A stretch of DNA of 64,000 bases from Klebsormidium nitens (lineage: Eukaryota; Plantae; Klebsormidiophyceae): assembly GCA_000708835.1 (NCBI GenBank), contig DF237154.1, positions 62,001 to 126,000 on the forward strand, written 5' to 3'. The notes beneath the pieces were generated by a model. The model was given only the letters and a program-made list of their open reading frames with translations. It was not told the DNA's origin and searched no databases. Of this stretch, positions 12,683-26,200 are shown piece after piece. Every line of letters begins with the position of its first letter. Position 1 is the first letter of the stretch. Made by a program: the position numbers and the translations under genes.

Positions 12683-13462
12683 CAGTCAAGGCCACGTGGT
12701 AAAAACGGTAAGGGTTTAGCCAATAGGATCGCGAATAAAAAGCCTTACCGCGAAAACGTCATGTCAATAAGGGAGGCAATAATGTCCGAAGTTCATGCAG
12801 CCGTTAAGTTCGGGCCCCTTGACACAACCCGCCTTTTGTCCGGCAGCCGGCTAGATGTGTCAAAATCAAAGTTCGGGAACGCGGCCGCCGACGCCCTCAC
12901 TCAAATATTTTCTGGAAACGTCGCCGACGAAGTTTAGGGCTCGCATTTGCGGTTGGCAGAGCGCAACAAATGCTAACCCCATCGGACGGTTCAAAGGCTT
13001 GAAGTTGAGGGCTGCCCCCATCGATCGACGGTTCAGAATTTTTGTTGAAGGGCCCGTGAGCGTGCGTACTGATTGAGAAATTTGACGTGCACGTAATCAC
13101 CAATCATGTAAGTGGTACAAGTATACTCAAAAGATGATCGAGGGCTCCTTCGATCCGTGCACGAAGATTATGCGCCGCAAGACAGTGACCGCCCTGGGGC
13201 TTGAATCACTCTGCACTACGAGATCTACATTTGGCATCTCGCCCAAAATTGTAAATTTTCATCCGGCTAGGACAATTTTAAGTGTCTTCAAAGCTACGAT
13301 GTCGGTCCCGTTAACGCCACCAAATCTGCATTTCCTTAGTACTTTGAAGCCAAACGCAATGCCGTCCAGTCACCGTAACACTGCCCAACCTTCGTGTCAG
13401 TCTTAACCTAGTCTTAACCTGTTCCTCCCTACTCACATCCAACGAGAGCCCAAATACTCCAC

Positions 13463-15878
13463 CTAGTTGGCGCTCCTGACCCCGTGCTTTATCTGACTCT
13501 CAATCGCGTGAGGGGGCCAATTTGTCCCGTAGAACTCTATCAACTTGGGATTCAGGTGATCCCTCCACGTCACGTGCCCGCGGCAAACCATGGCGCCGCA
13601 GCCGCACTGGGTGTCCTTGAACTCCTTGACGGACGTTTCGGAGATCATGTACTGTCCGTAATCGATGGTGATCTCCTCGTCCGGCTGGATGTCACGGCGC
13701 ACCACCATGTCGAAGGAACCGTTGTGGAAGCTGCAACAGAGAACAAGGTGGTAAGTACTTGTTCTCCGAAAGCTTGACCGAATGGAAGCACCACCTCCTT
13801 AGGTTGTTGGGGTCCGGTTGTAGACATCCGTCGGCCTCTTTAAGTAGGTTGCATCCTCCAGTGCTCTACATGACTCCCTCCTTGACCCCTTCCAAAAGTG
13901 AGCACTGATTCGTGAATAGCATTCTACATTCTCCGCGGTACAGACACGCCGAGTATACAGATTTGTGCGTGCAATCTTTGCCTCGAGTCTATTCAAACTG
14001 CTTGCTCGTCATTGCGTGAGAACTCTCTCAGAATGACATGCGAACAAGGCAACTCGCGAAGCATCAACCCAAAGTTTCATTCGTTAGCAGAACCGACCTT
14101 GTCACCGTTCTTCAGTTTCCTAAGCACAGCCGTAACATGCTGAAAGAACCCAAATTTGCAGACGTCTCAAGGTTCGAGTTTGGCCTGCGCATCAGATTTT
14201 GATTGCTCGAGGTCACTCACAGGACGTTCGGGTCGCAGCTATGGTTGACGAAAGCGCCGAAGTCCTCTGGCTGGCCCTGCTCGTCCAAACGGGGCGACAA
14301 AATCTCGGTCGCGCTGATCTGTAGACCGCAGACACAACACGTGAGCATAGTAAAATTGCCGCGAAAATGTTTAGAGCTTATTGTGGGCTTGTTAATCCAA
14401 ATGGTACGTCTTCGTGCCTTACTTCCATGAACGATCCTGTTTCGCGAACTCTAAATTCGCATCGTGTCGCGGAGCCGGGGAGAAAAGAAAATCCCAACCA
14501 TAACGGCCGAAAACGGTAGGTTTGTGAGCGAGGACCTCAAAGCAATTATCGTAATGGGGAAATTGTCGTCAACGAAGAAAGAGGATGGTGCGTTCTGCGC
14601 AAAATTGGAATTGACCCTGGTCAGAAGCGAAGAAGTCCATATGTACGAAGCAGTCGCTCGTGCAGCATCGCGGTCAAGGTCTGGCTTGCGGAAAATGGTG
14701 CCTCAATCTTCCTTTATCGCTTGAAGAAGCAGACACCCTTGCTTGACAACTTTCAAGAAGCCAAGGCTGGCGACTTCGCATTGCTCTGCCACCACAGAAA
14801 CAAGATACGACGCAGTCTACAAGATGCCCTTCTGTCATGCTTGCATTAGCGCAATTTTCAACGCCTAAATTTGTACGGAAAAGAGATTCACCTCTTGCGC
14901 GTGTCAGAACGGCGCTAGTGCAGGGAACGCCCCCTCAAGGAAGCGACCTCTATTCTGATCGAATCGTCGATTGCGGGAGTCAACACTCTGACTCAAGAAA
15001 ATCCGCCAGAAGGCCCAACGCCAGTGCAACAAACGCCAAAACATAAAAGCCATAAGATAGCGTTGATGTGATTGATTGTATCCACCCACCTGCGCACACC
15101 AATGCAGGAAGAGCATCTGCTTGTCAAGGGGCCACGTGTTGAGCGTAGGGATGTCCACGACTTCCCCCATGCCGTCCGCCATGAACTCCCCGTTGAAGTA
15201 CTTCTCGCCCTGCTTGATCAAGCGCGTCGCAAACAGGCCCTTCCCGCCCTTGTACTGCGGCTTGTCGCGCACCTCCGCGGCCGGGTGGATCCACTGGTAC
15301 CGCGGGTCGCGCTGCTTGTTCTGCGAAAATACGGTGACATCGAGGTTACAATACATAATTTTCTTGTTCAGCTTTTGCCTTCTTTCTCGCGCCAAGTCAC
15401 TTGCTTTGCGCAAGCGGGCAATGGACCAAGCGCGATCACACCTTCTGTACTGCTAGCTGTATCGCATTATAGCGCTTCGAATCCAGAATTTTCCTGTGAC
15501 AAAGAGGTTTGTTTTCAAGCTACTGCAGATTCAGCATGCGTCTTTGACCGGAAAAAGTAGAAGACTGAGGACAAGCGGGGTCCTCGAGAGGGATGAAGAC
15601 AGAGTGTCTCAGCAGAACATGCACCTGTGCCACTCAGGTCAGCATCAGCCCCTGGAATGTGAGCGTAGAGATAAGTCGACAACCGATTGGGACACCCCGC
15701 TCAGCACCCCCCTGAAATGCGTCTCATCTTCACCTCCTCAGTCCGTCAGCTAACAAAATGGAAGGCTTTCTGTGCAGCCGGACTTGGCGGTCGGCGCGCT
15801 GCTTCTCACCTCTTCCCAGTAGGAAGGCAGGCCCATCTTCTTGAGCTGCTCGGCATAATCGTCTGGGATCACCGGCAT
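13463..15878 (-). CDS. Stand-alone SET domain + post-SET methyltransferase, 4 exons
   Basis: Exons 15878-15810, 15449-15090, 14318-14221 and 13730-13463 join in phase. Motifs: GKGLFATRLIKQGE (SAM-binding motif I), FVNHSCDPN, EEITIDY and the post-SET CGCGAMVCRG (CxCx4C). No chromatin-reader domain is visible. The start codon is a best guess. Confidence 0.85.
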
Positions 15879-18800
15879 TTTGAACTGCACACAGCATAAG
15901 CGAGAAACGAGTCAGATGTCAGCTGCCCATCAGGGGGCAGCTCCCAACAAAGAACACGAATGATACTAAATAGTCTTAGAGCCCATGAACAGGTGGCCGA
16001 CCTTTAGATATAAAGCAGCCTTTCACCAGATTCGCTGTCGCAGAAGACGCCTGCTGATTGAATACTGAGTCAGGCTAGTTCAATAACAGGGAGCGGGGGA
16101 GGCACCTAGCGAAGGCTTATGTTGTGCATTTTTAGAGGAGGCGAAATGCTTGAGTGGGTCTCACCAAGCGTCTGACAATGCGAAATCAGAAGCTATCTCG
16201 AGACCCTTCTTCTCTTGTGGGCTTCGACGTTCGAAAGAGGTTACAAGCCCGAAATTATGTTTTTCTACGATGGCAACACCTTAGCTACCTGTGCTTTTCA
16301 CCAGCTCCAAGTTCTTCATGTTTTCGTTCACTCACCGAGGCAGTTTCTGCGGAAGCCATGCTTGCTGTTATAGTTCGTTTCAGCTCTGGACGTACACGTG
16401 TCTTTCTCGGCAAGGAAGTGACCTGAGCCTGATTGGCTTGCCGTTTGTGGATGCCTTGGAGAAGAGGACTAGTTGGAAAGCACACAGGCCTGCAGAGCAC
16501 AAACAAACAGCTCAGAAGACGGAGACAACGGGGTTCCTAAGATGACAGGAGCTTGCAAGCCATTTCAATTCGTGAAGAGAAGTTGTAGCGAGATATACAA
16601 TCACTCGTTGTCATTCTCCTTCGAGGTAAGTCTTTTACGACTGGTATGGAAAGCAGGGCAAAGGGCTTGAACTAAGCAGATGTCAATTCCTTCTCCTGGA
16701 CAACCTTCTGCATGTACATATTTAGCATTTTTCCTCCCTGTGAACACTTCGTTTGGCCCCTTCTCTACCAAGATATGTTATCAGTCTGTTTCTACTATAT
16801 TGCCAATACCTTCAAAATTGTCCCTTTTAGCCAGATCTCTGAAACATGGTTCTGGAAAAAGGCTTTCAAAATTCTTGGAAACACGACTGGCTGAGGCATG
16901 CAATTCCATAAGGAAGGCTGCATAACAAAGTCATCATGTAGAGTCTGCTTCACTCAGACCCAGGTCATTGTTAGCTGAAAACCGATTGCAAACAACGACT
17001 CAGGCTTCACATAGCATCGAAATTACCAACTGGACCATGTTAATGTACGGATTCAGACCTTCCGTATTGACAGAAATTCTCAAAAACAAGGGAGCAGAGC
17101 GGGATCCAGAAGGTAGCTCAAATGAAACAAAGGAGCCGCCCGCCTACCACCACCAAGAAGAAAGTTTTGCTCATACGTTGTGCTTGCCATCATGCTCCCC
17201 TAACGCTACCACCCAAAACTTCCACTCTGAGCTCAGATGATGGACGTTAAAACCAATGGGTTGCTGTGCCGGGTCAGAGGTTCTAACATCCGCTCAGCTC
17301 TAGAAACATATGAACTAGATAGAGCTGCTTTGAAACTCACAGCCTGGGGCACCATTGTAAGGCGTGTGCCATTACTTGCGTGTATAGCGCCCTTTATACT
17401 GCCACCACAATCAAAAAGTGCTTTTCAGAACCAAGTCACGGATGGGCCAAGTGCTACAGGCGCTCGAAGACTATGCATAAAAGAACATGAGTGCCTTTGT
17501 GGTTCGGCCGACACACACCGAACTTCAAATGTAAGTTTCCGCCAAACTGATACGAGGTGGCTCTGCGCGCCAATCGTCAGAGTCAAGCACGCTGACGTAC
17601 TCCAACGCAGACGCATCCACCTACGACCGGATGAGTGAGTGCATAGTCTCGCGCTGAGTGATTAGGAGTGAAGAGGTCAACCAACAAAGAGACCTGCCAA
17701 TGCTGATTTAAAAGGTAAGAGATCGGAGCTCACTTGAACCTGTTGAGGTGCTTTGTTGGTGGTGGTGGCCGATCTAGCAGCTGAAAGGCGCTTCTGAATG
17801 TGGACCTGGCATTGTAAGCATGGCATTCATTTAGCTGCTAAGAGAAAGTGCTGAAGGTGGCGGATCAGTCACTCAGTGCTGGACTTTCATACCATGTATG
17901 TCGAGGAAACTCTGGCGGCCTTACTGAGAAGAATGTATGCAATCAGATTGTTGAAAGGCTAGACTGATTCCTGATCCTTCAAAATAAGGAATGGCATTGT
18001 TATCCATTTCGGGGGTGCAGACCACCCAGACCCTTAGTCAAGAAGAAGTTTGGATTACATTGTCAACTGAACAGGAGCTGACCATAGAACGGGACTGGCA
18101 TCCCAAGATTGCCTGAGATGTGCATCAAAGAAGCTTTTGCATTGTAGGACCGACAGGGAATGCTGTAAAGAGAACTTCTAAACGACCCTGTACGAGCAGC
18201 TCACTGTAGGCACCAAGATGCCTTACCTGCAAGAAGCGGCCAGCGAGCTTCGTGCCTCTCGGGTGTCTCTGTCAATGCCACGCAAAGGCTGCTTCACAAT
18301 TTGCTTCCCAGTGCTGAGGCTTCAGGTGATTGAAATGCTACTGCTCCTGCAACTTCAAGGTGAAGTGCAAATTCTGCCAGTGCTGAATAGGAACGCTTCA
18401 ATGCTTCGTTTTGTTGAACGCCCCTTGCATGACAAAGAAAGTTCACTGTTCAGGCCCTTCTTTCTCGGCCAGATTCTGGAATCTGCATTGTCGTCGAGCT
18501 TGTCTGCCGGATGTGACGATCAAGGGGCCGTTCAGTACCCGGTTCCACTTTCTTCCGACAAGCTCCCAACCGGTCAGCGCTCAGCAGCACTCCGGTCGAC
18601 AGCGCGCGCGCGGTCACACGTTGTAGGAGTGGGGGCTACCAGCCTACCGGTAATTGGCTTGCCTTTCTAGGCAACCCGAAGGATTCGTACACGGATTTGC
18701 TCGATTTCGCCGTATGCGGGGCGGCGCGCCCCGGGCGATTTCGGCCGGTTCGACGTCGAAATCCTAGATTCTGCTCCCCGAAATAGGCAAATAGGGCGCA

Positions 18801-20218
18801 AATGGTTTGCAGTCTGGGCCTCGGGAGCAAAGCGGCGTAGCAGGTGGATTATCGAAGTTTTCCGTTTCGATAGTTGCTGTGCCAAACCGTAAGGAAAGGA
18901 AATAGCCCAATTGTCCATGACACTGGGCACCGACGTGGGAACGTTCGATAAGGTGCAACACTCGGTGCTCCGCAAAATTCGGCTAGGCTCCGCGCTTTAC
19001 GGTTCGTGACCCTGGGTTAGCGCCAAGAACTCTTTTTCGGCACAAAAAGACATGCAAGTCCCCTACTCCCAAGTGTTAGTAGTTACGCGATCGCTCACCC
19101 GGTCGGTATCGGATACAAAACCGGCGACCGACTCAGGCAAGCCACGGTCCCCCGCAGGGGGACAGATCGGTTCACCGCTTGTTCCCGCCGCTCCCGGGAT
19201 GATTCTTGTTTCAACCGGGCTGGTGGGCAATGAGCATGTACGTACCCCCGGCAGTCCATTCCGCCCAACGTTACGTTTCATTTATGACGAGTACTGGTTG
19301 TTTGAAGTGGATTATAGCTTATGAACAGGCATTGTCAGGGCCACCATAATGGCCCCATCATTCATGCGAGGCATTGCATATGGCCAGTTGTCTTCGAGGA
19401 GAGTTCTGCTTTGTGCTCTGACGACCTGACTCTGCCCTCGAAAGGATTTATTATGCACAGCTAGAGCGCGAACCTGTAGCAAACGCCTCATGGGCAACTA
19501 GCATCTCAAAGAAAGACAAGGGAAGAAGTGACCAGCTGATGGGCGCGCAGATCTAATTTCTCAGCTCAGTCTGCCAGCACCCTGACAGAACATTTCCCTC
19601 TGGGCGTCACTTCAAACCCTCCTCTTGGTTGGTCACAATACTCCCGCACCTGGGAAAGCAGGTTCGCCAAAATTGCGAGGTCAGTTAATGCATACCTCAT
19701 CTCCACTTTATCATGGCATAGTGCAATGTGGTTGTTGCACCTTCGGTGAACTTTGTGATTCTTTGAAATAATCCCAATCTGAGATTGTTTCCGTTTGCAT
19801 TTGACCGCTGATCGCCAAGTCTTCTGTGCCAGCTGATCAGGCGGCTATGGATTTTCCGACATTGAGAGACTGATTTTTTGGTTTTCTTCCATTCATCCTT
19901 CCGCCTCAAGTGGGGAACTCTGCTGTAAGAAGTTGGAGATGTTTGCTGGCTCCTTTTCAGACAGACTTCATTTTTCACAAAATCGCTGCAAATTGCTAAG
20001 GTCACACGGTGAAAAGTAGCTGGTTACCTGGGTAGTGCCAAGACCCTTCAGCGAGCATATCAGAAGGTCATAGGGCGCAGCATTAGGATCACTTCATCAT
20101 GCTAATTTGATGAGACGGCTTCTCGCTAGATTCAAAGAGCTTGGTTAAATGCTTTTGAATTTAGAGGGTTCTTTAGAAGAGGCTGTGGCCTTTATCTCAT
20201 CTGCGATCGTTCTTGCAG

Positions 20219-23200
20219 ATGGCGGTGTCACAATCCCTTCTCCAGAGCAGAGCAATGTCCTCTGCCTTGGCCAGCATTTCTCCTAGTTTAGCCAGCTCAA
20301 AGCACAGGTGGGCAGGCCAAAGTCAAAACGCAGCCCCTACTGCTGAATGCATGTCAAGCGCTCGTGTTCTAATGTCAAACCTTGGGGTTTTCTTGCCGTC
20401 AAGAGCAAGAGAGACACAAAGGGGGACAGGGAAAGAGAGCGAGTGTGTGTTTGATTTGATCATCCTCGTTTGATGTACCCCTCCTGCCACCACTCAACTC
20501 GTGCTCCGAAGTTTCATAGTTTTCCAGGAAGGACTAGTGCAGATCTTGTTTTGTCTTCAGGGGCGAACCAGGTTATGGAGAGCCACAAAACCAGCTGAGG
20601 ACACTGATTATGAAGAGCTCCACAGGGGTGTTCCAATCAGGTGCTTGGAGTAGGTTCAATCATTCCAGTGCCAGTTACTGTCCTCCTTCGCATCTCAGGC
20701 TCCCCTTAAAAAGCATATCTGGGCGTTTTACAGGTTTGCTTCTTCAGCCTTCGTTGGGGAGGGCTTATCTCACGCAAAGCTTGGCAAAGACGCCTTGCCC
20801 CGGCATGTAGAAGAGGGGCCGGCCAGAATTCAGGCCGTGATGGAATCAACGGAACAACAGGTACGCCTTTGTATATGCTCATGAATAGTGTTAAGCCAGC
20901 AGGGATATAGTATTGAAAAGAAAAGAATGGTGCAAGGATTGTTCTTCTTATCTCGGTTTTGGCTGTCTGCTCTTTGGTATGACCTGCTTCCAAGCTGGTT
21001 TGTAAGTGTCATAGCTTCTTGCTGTTTCTTGTAGATCCAAGGTTGCAGATCTCAGACCTCAGCAAAGCCTCCATGGAAAGACAAAGGAGAATCTTCAAAA
21101 GTCCTTCTGCCTGAGGAAGTCCATATAGGTACTCTAGGAGACTTCTTTCTAAGTGGTGCAGCAATCAGAGCAACGCCTCGCTTAATATCATTTGCGACAG
21201 GAACCTGCGCGCCTGGCTGTCAGGGCAAAGAAGATGTGAGGAGCAGCCTCGAGAACCTTAACGCAGAGGATGAGATATGAAAGCTCTGCCCTATGCGAAT
21301 GCCCACGCATCAGGAGCTGACTCCACCGAGTATCTTGTCACATTCTTGACCTTCCATTAAATCGTTCAAACTTTCTTCCCAGCTCAGGAACCTGGAGCGA
21401 GCGCTCAAGGCCTTCCCGAGCGCCTCATCAGACAAGCCCCCTGTCTCCAGCACGTGGGATCCCAAGCTTCCCCTGGACGAAGGCAGCTGCCCCCCTCGGG
21501 CTTGGTACACCGAGCGAGACGTCTTCGAGCTGGAAAGGAACTCAGTGTTTGCAAACAGGTGGCAGGCAGTGGGTGAGCCATTCCAGGGGCTTGGTGTTTC
21601 GGGCTTCATGCTTAGAAGATTCTACGTGTCTTTCTTGGAAAGGTGTCAGGTTCCTCTGGAGCCAAATTCATGGACATGGAAGCCCGCTTTCGAACTAGAT
21701 TCTTTGTTCGTCGTTATATCATCGAATGCATGACAAAAGCAGGCTGGAATATCCGGAAGTAGCGCTGTCAGAACGCTGTTCTGGTGTACTTGGCCCCAGC
21801 ATCCGTGGTTAAGCTTTATCTTACGTAAGAAGAATTGGCCGAGCTTCAGGCCGCTTTCTGGTATTTCTCCTCTCTGTGAACTGAGACGAATATAAGGCCG
21901 CACGAAAATAAGTATGCCATCAGCAAGAGCAGTCTGTTTTGGTCCTCATAACGCTGTCAAGGAGTCTGGACATCCGCAGTTTAAAGAGGAGGTTGACATC
22001 GGTTACTGGCCCTAGTTCTGTAGACGTTCTGAGAGTCACATGCATCCTGATTCTCTGCTCTTTGAGAACGAACAACGACCGTCTCTCGTGATCAGTCCTC
22101 TATCCTGCTCTCGAATTGAGGTCTATTCTTGCCCGTTCATTGGATGTGTTGCAGCTTGTTTCTGCAACGGCACTGCTCATCCACGTTCGCAGATTCGTCT
22201 GAGCTCAATCGTTCTTCAATGTGCCAGGGCCTTCCGAGAAAGTGAAGGAACCGGGGGCCTTCTTCTCCGGCAGGTGAGAGATCAACCTCGTTTCAAACCC
22301 CCCTGCAATTGGTTTTCAACTGAAGCACCTTGCTTGTCAAACAGTATTCGCTGTGCCTTTTGTGTTCAGTACTGTTGGTCAACTCGTTCTCAGAACCAGG
22401 AACGGAATGTTTCTGAGGTTGTAATCATCAAAACGGGTGCTTCGTAGGCAGCACTTGACTATCGACTTTTGGGACGTCCACGCTTTTAGGCGCCTTTTTC
22501 TGTCACGCTCGACCTTGCCCCCGGTCGCAGCTTGCTTATTTTGAAGGGCATCGACAACTCGACAAGGATTGCAGGGCGGCGACTCTGCATCCACGGTTGC
22601 TATGAGATAGAAGCACGTCGGGGAAAAACGCCGAACTCAAAGGTGGCAAACGTGCTTGAGTCACCTCTAAGGTCCAAAACAGCCCGTCTAAGCAAAGTCT
22701 GTTGGGTGTGCAGTTTCATGGGCCTTCAGTTCTTGGTGTGCCGAACGCTCCAGGGCGAGCTGAAAGCGTTCTCCAACACGTGCCGCCACAAGGGAACCGT
22801 CATCGCACAGGGGGAGGGCACCTGCCGCAACTTCGTCTGCCCCTTCCACGTGAGCCGTCCAATCGGTGGCGCTGTGCATGGAGATCTCACTTCTGATTCA
22901 GAAGCGAAGACCGATCCGGACGAGCTTAGCCGTTGGGGTTTGCTTCTTTCCGTCTCGTAGTCTTGTTGAGGAGCCTCTCAAAAGTGATTTGTGTCTAGCA
23001 TTGTGCCGTCAGTCAAGAGTGGGGTGTAGGTTCGATCGGCTTTTGCAGAGAGACAACCAGAACAGGTCTTGAGTTTAGGTCTTTTAGGTTTTCTTAAAGA
23101 ACCCGACTTTCCAGTCTGCCGCCTTCAGAGAATGACAAGGACATGTGGTTCGGGAGTCGGTGATGCAATAAAGATGGTTTGGAAGGGTCAGCCAAGTCCC

Positions 23201-26200
23201 GTTCAGATTGAGCAAGAGATCGGAACGGGCTTTGCACGGACCAAGATCGAGCCTACTCTTTTCCCGAGTATTTTCTGCCTCAAGCAGAACAAGTTATGAG
23301 GAAGCTATGCCGACCTTCTAGGTTCAACCCTTTCCCTCTCCCGAAAGCCGCTCGCGCAAAAAGACTCCATGCACCCAAAGTGTCGAACTCTATGACGTGC
23401 CAAGGTGACTTCAATACGTCTGGGTAGCTTCACTTATAATCGTATCTAAGAGAAGCCAAAATCTTGACGTCACTGCGTGGCCAGGAATGAATCGTTCTCT
23501 TCGCTCTGTGTTGCTTCAGGCCTGGACGTACAACCTGGACGGCTCTCTCATCGGCTCGAAGCACCACAAGCACATGAAGGACTTCAACCCCGAGGTACGT
23601 TTAGTGCCAGTACTATGGCTAAGCATCGTGCGGTCCTTCATAGTCATGAAGAGCGAGCATGACCTTTTCAACAAAGGGAGCATTCCATAGCTTCTGATGA
23701 GTGGCTTATGTATGCTTAGCTCTCAACTCTTTCGGGCCACATCGACTGACAGAAAGTGCAGATCCGTCCGTTTAGTTTAGGACGTTTCGAGAACTGCCCT
23801 CGAGCCGTTTCTGTGCTGTGAATCGGGCGCAAAAAGATCTTATGCGAGCACAAGAGTCCTATACAGTCTCAGCCGGCCCTCTCTCTGTTTTTCCTGACGA
23901 CGCTGTTCAAGGCTCCGGCCCTCGTTGCAGTGGTTTGGTTCAGCTCACGAATAGTTGCTGTCATCCCATGTATGAGGGCTTTGCAAGAGCACAGGCCTCG
24001 TCCATTTCTGCGGCACGTCAATCAGCTTGTGCCACGTCCCGCAGGAGCACAGCCTCTTACCGCTTGACGTGGCCATCGCGGGACCGTGGATTTTGGTGCG
24101 GATGCCCAACTGGGGGAACAAGGCGCCCGCCAGCCCGGTCTACGTCAACGACGAGATGGCGCAAAATTGGCCCACCTCCAACGGTAAGCCTGTACTGCAG
24201 GAGCTCTCTTAAAGTTCTCCTCTTCTTAATTCCAAAAAAAGTTGTATTGCTATGAGAGTGGGAATCAGTAAGAGGGCGGTACACGTCTGGAGTATCTGTC
24301 CGCTTAGCCGACTATGTCGTGGGGAACAAGTGGAAGCTCCAGTGGCAAAGCTGAAACAGGCCGGTTATGAAGCTGTGTGGCCGAGAGATTTGCAAGGATT
24401 GCCCTTGCGGGGGAAGCGTTGCGGGACGAGTCCATCAGCTAGCAGATATGCTTTTAATAGGAAACAGCATCATCAACTGTACCCTGCCGATTAAGTACCA
24501 GGGCCAACAACAACTGGAGTTGCATATTGAAGGGCGACGTCGGTTCCTGCCGGCCCTGGTTCCTTGCTATACTGGAGGCAGCGACGAACGGCTACTCGAA
24601 CCTTTGGCGACGTCAGTACGTGACGTCAGCCTGACGCCATTGCATCCGTTGGCTCTGGCAGGGACTGCGGACTCGCGGGCGGTGCAGGAGTGGGTTGGGG
24701 AGGCAGCGGGGCTGCTGACGCACCACCGCGTCATCTCGGGCGAGTACAAGTACATGAAGCGCCTCGAGTACGACATCGGATGCAACTGGAAGGTGGGCAT
24801 GCTATCCTTTGGTATTTTGCGGGCAGACCATTCTCGAGCGACACATTTTGATGTGAAGCTACACCCGAGCCCGAAATGTCGTGGAGCCGTCCAAATGCTT
24901 TGTCGTGCGCTGCCTTCAGAAAGCAGAGGATGCATCTGAGCCTTTCAAAGCTAGAAATATTCAACTGGCCCAGCCTTCTCCTTGCACGGAATATTGGACT
25001 TTGAATGCAGGATTGTTTCTTAGAGGCCCCGGCTCAATTAGCGCAAAGAGCACTCGTGACCTTGCTCGTGTCATCTGGAGCTCTAATCTGCTGTGCGCAG
25101 AAATGTTTGGAAGCACCGTTTCAGGGTTTTACGATTTCAGGGCCGCCCAGTGGTTAGTCGTCGTGCTCTTGGCCAATGGGTCAGGAAATGGCCCGAGCTC
25201 TCTGTCACGACTGAATTGTCGACAGTGTGGTTCCCTGTCTTTAGCTTTCGCTTGTTTACTTGGTGCAGGCATACATTGACAACTACCTGGATGGGGGGTA
25301 CCACATACCGTACAACCACAAGGAGCTCGCGGCCTCCGTTGACATTGACACTTACACCACCACGGTAAGGCGGCCAATCTTGCTTAGTTTATCTAATTCC
25401 ATTAGCAGGAGTCACCATTGTGAAATGTGAAGTCGCTGACACGCTTCATCGAGTTTGCTCACAAGCATCATCCGACTCGCATCCCAACCGGACTTTTGTC
25501 TGATGTCTTAATCCATCCGCACAACTAGCGCCGGAGAATGTGTGGACGCCCCTTCGTCGTGATGAGTTAGAGTACCGCCGTATCGATCTCCAAAGAGAGC
25601 TAGGGGTCTGATAATTTCTCTCAAGCGGAAACGTCAATTGCTTTATGCATGACGTCTCTTTGCGGGCCCAATTAAGGTGCCTGATGCTTGAGAACTGAGA
25701 CAGGGCTTCGTAGAGAGTCCTTTGTTGGAAGAGCTCGCGCTTATAGGGCCTAGCTGGTACCCACTCAAAGCAGAAAAGCTGATCCCGTATTGCTGGAAGC
25801 TTCGACCTCGAGTCGGGCTGTTTTCACCTTTGCTCCGATCTTCCAACAGGGACTTGTTCTGCTTTCTCCAAAACAATATCAAACGGTGAACCTCGAGAAG
25901 TCGGATCCATTCTAAGCCAGGGTTATTTCTCGCCACGTGGCGTGCAGTGCTTCTCCAAGGGCACGTTCCAGACGGTGGACGTCCGCAAGGTGGACGAGAT
26001 CCGCGCAGACGCCCCGCAGGAGCTGTACACCCTGGTCTACCCTAACCTCCTCATTAACCGGTGCGCTGACCACTTTCTAAAGTCAATGACATTTGTTACG
26101 AAGTCTACTGGCGTTGTCTTCTTCGGCCTGCAATGAGCAGCGTTGTCGAGTTCGAGCATCAAAATGCTCTTTGGAGGGAATCCGCCGGATGTATTGGAAA

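Noticed and set aside
18218-18670. 150-aa plus-strand ORF as a gene
   Set aside because: No recognisable domain, it lacks the strong GC3 bias of the true exons here, and I found no linked phase-compatible exons.
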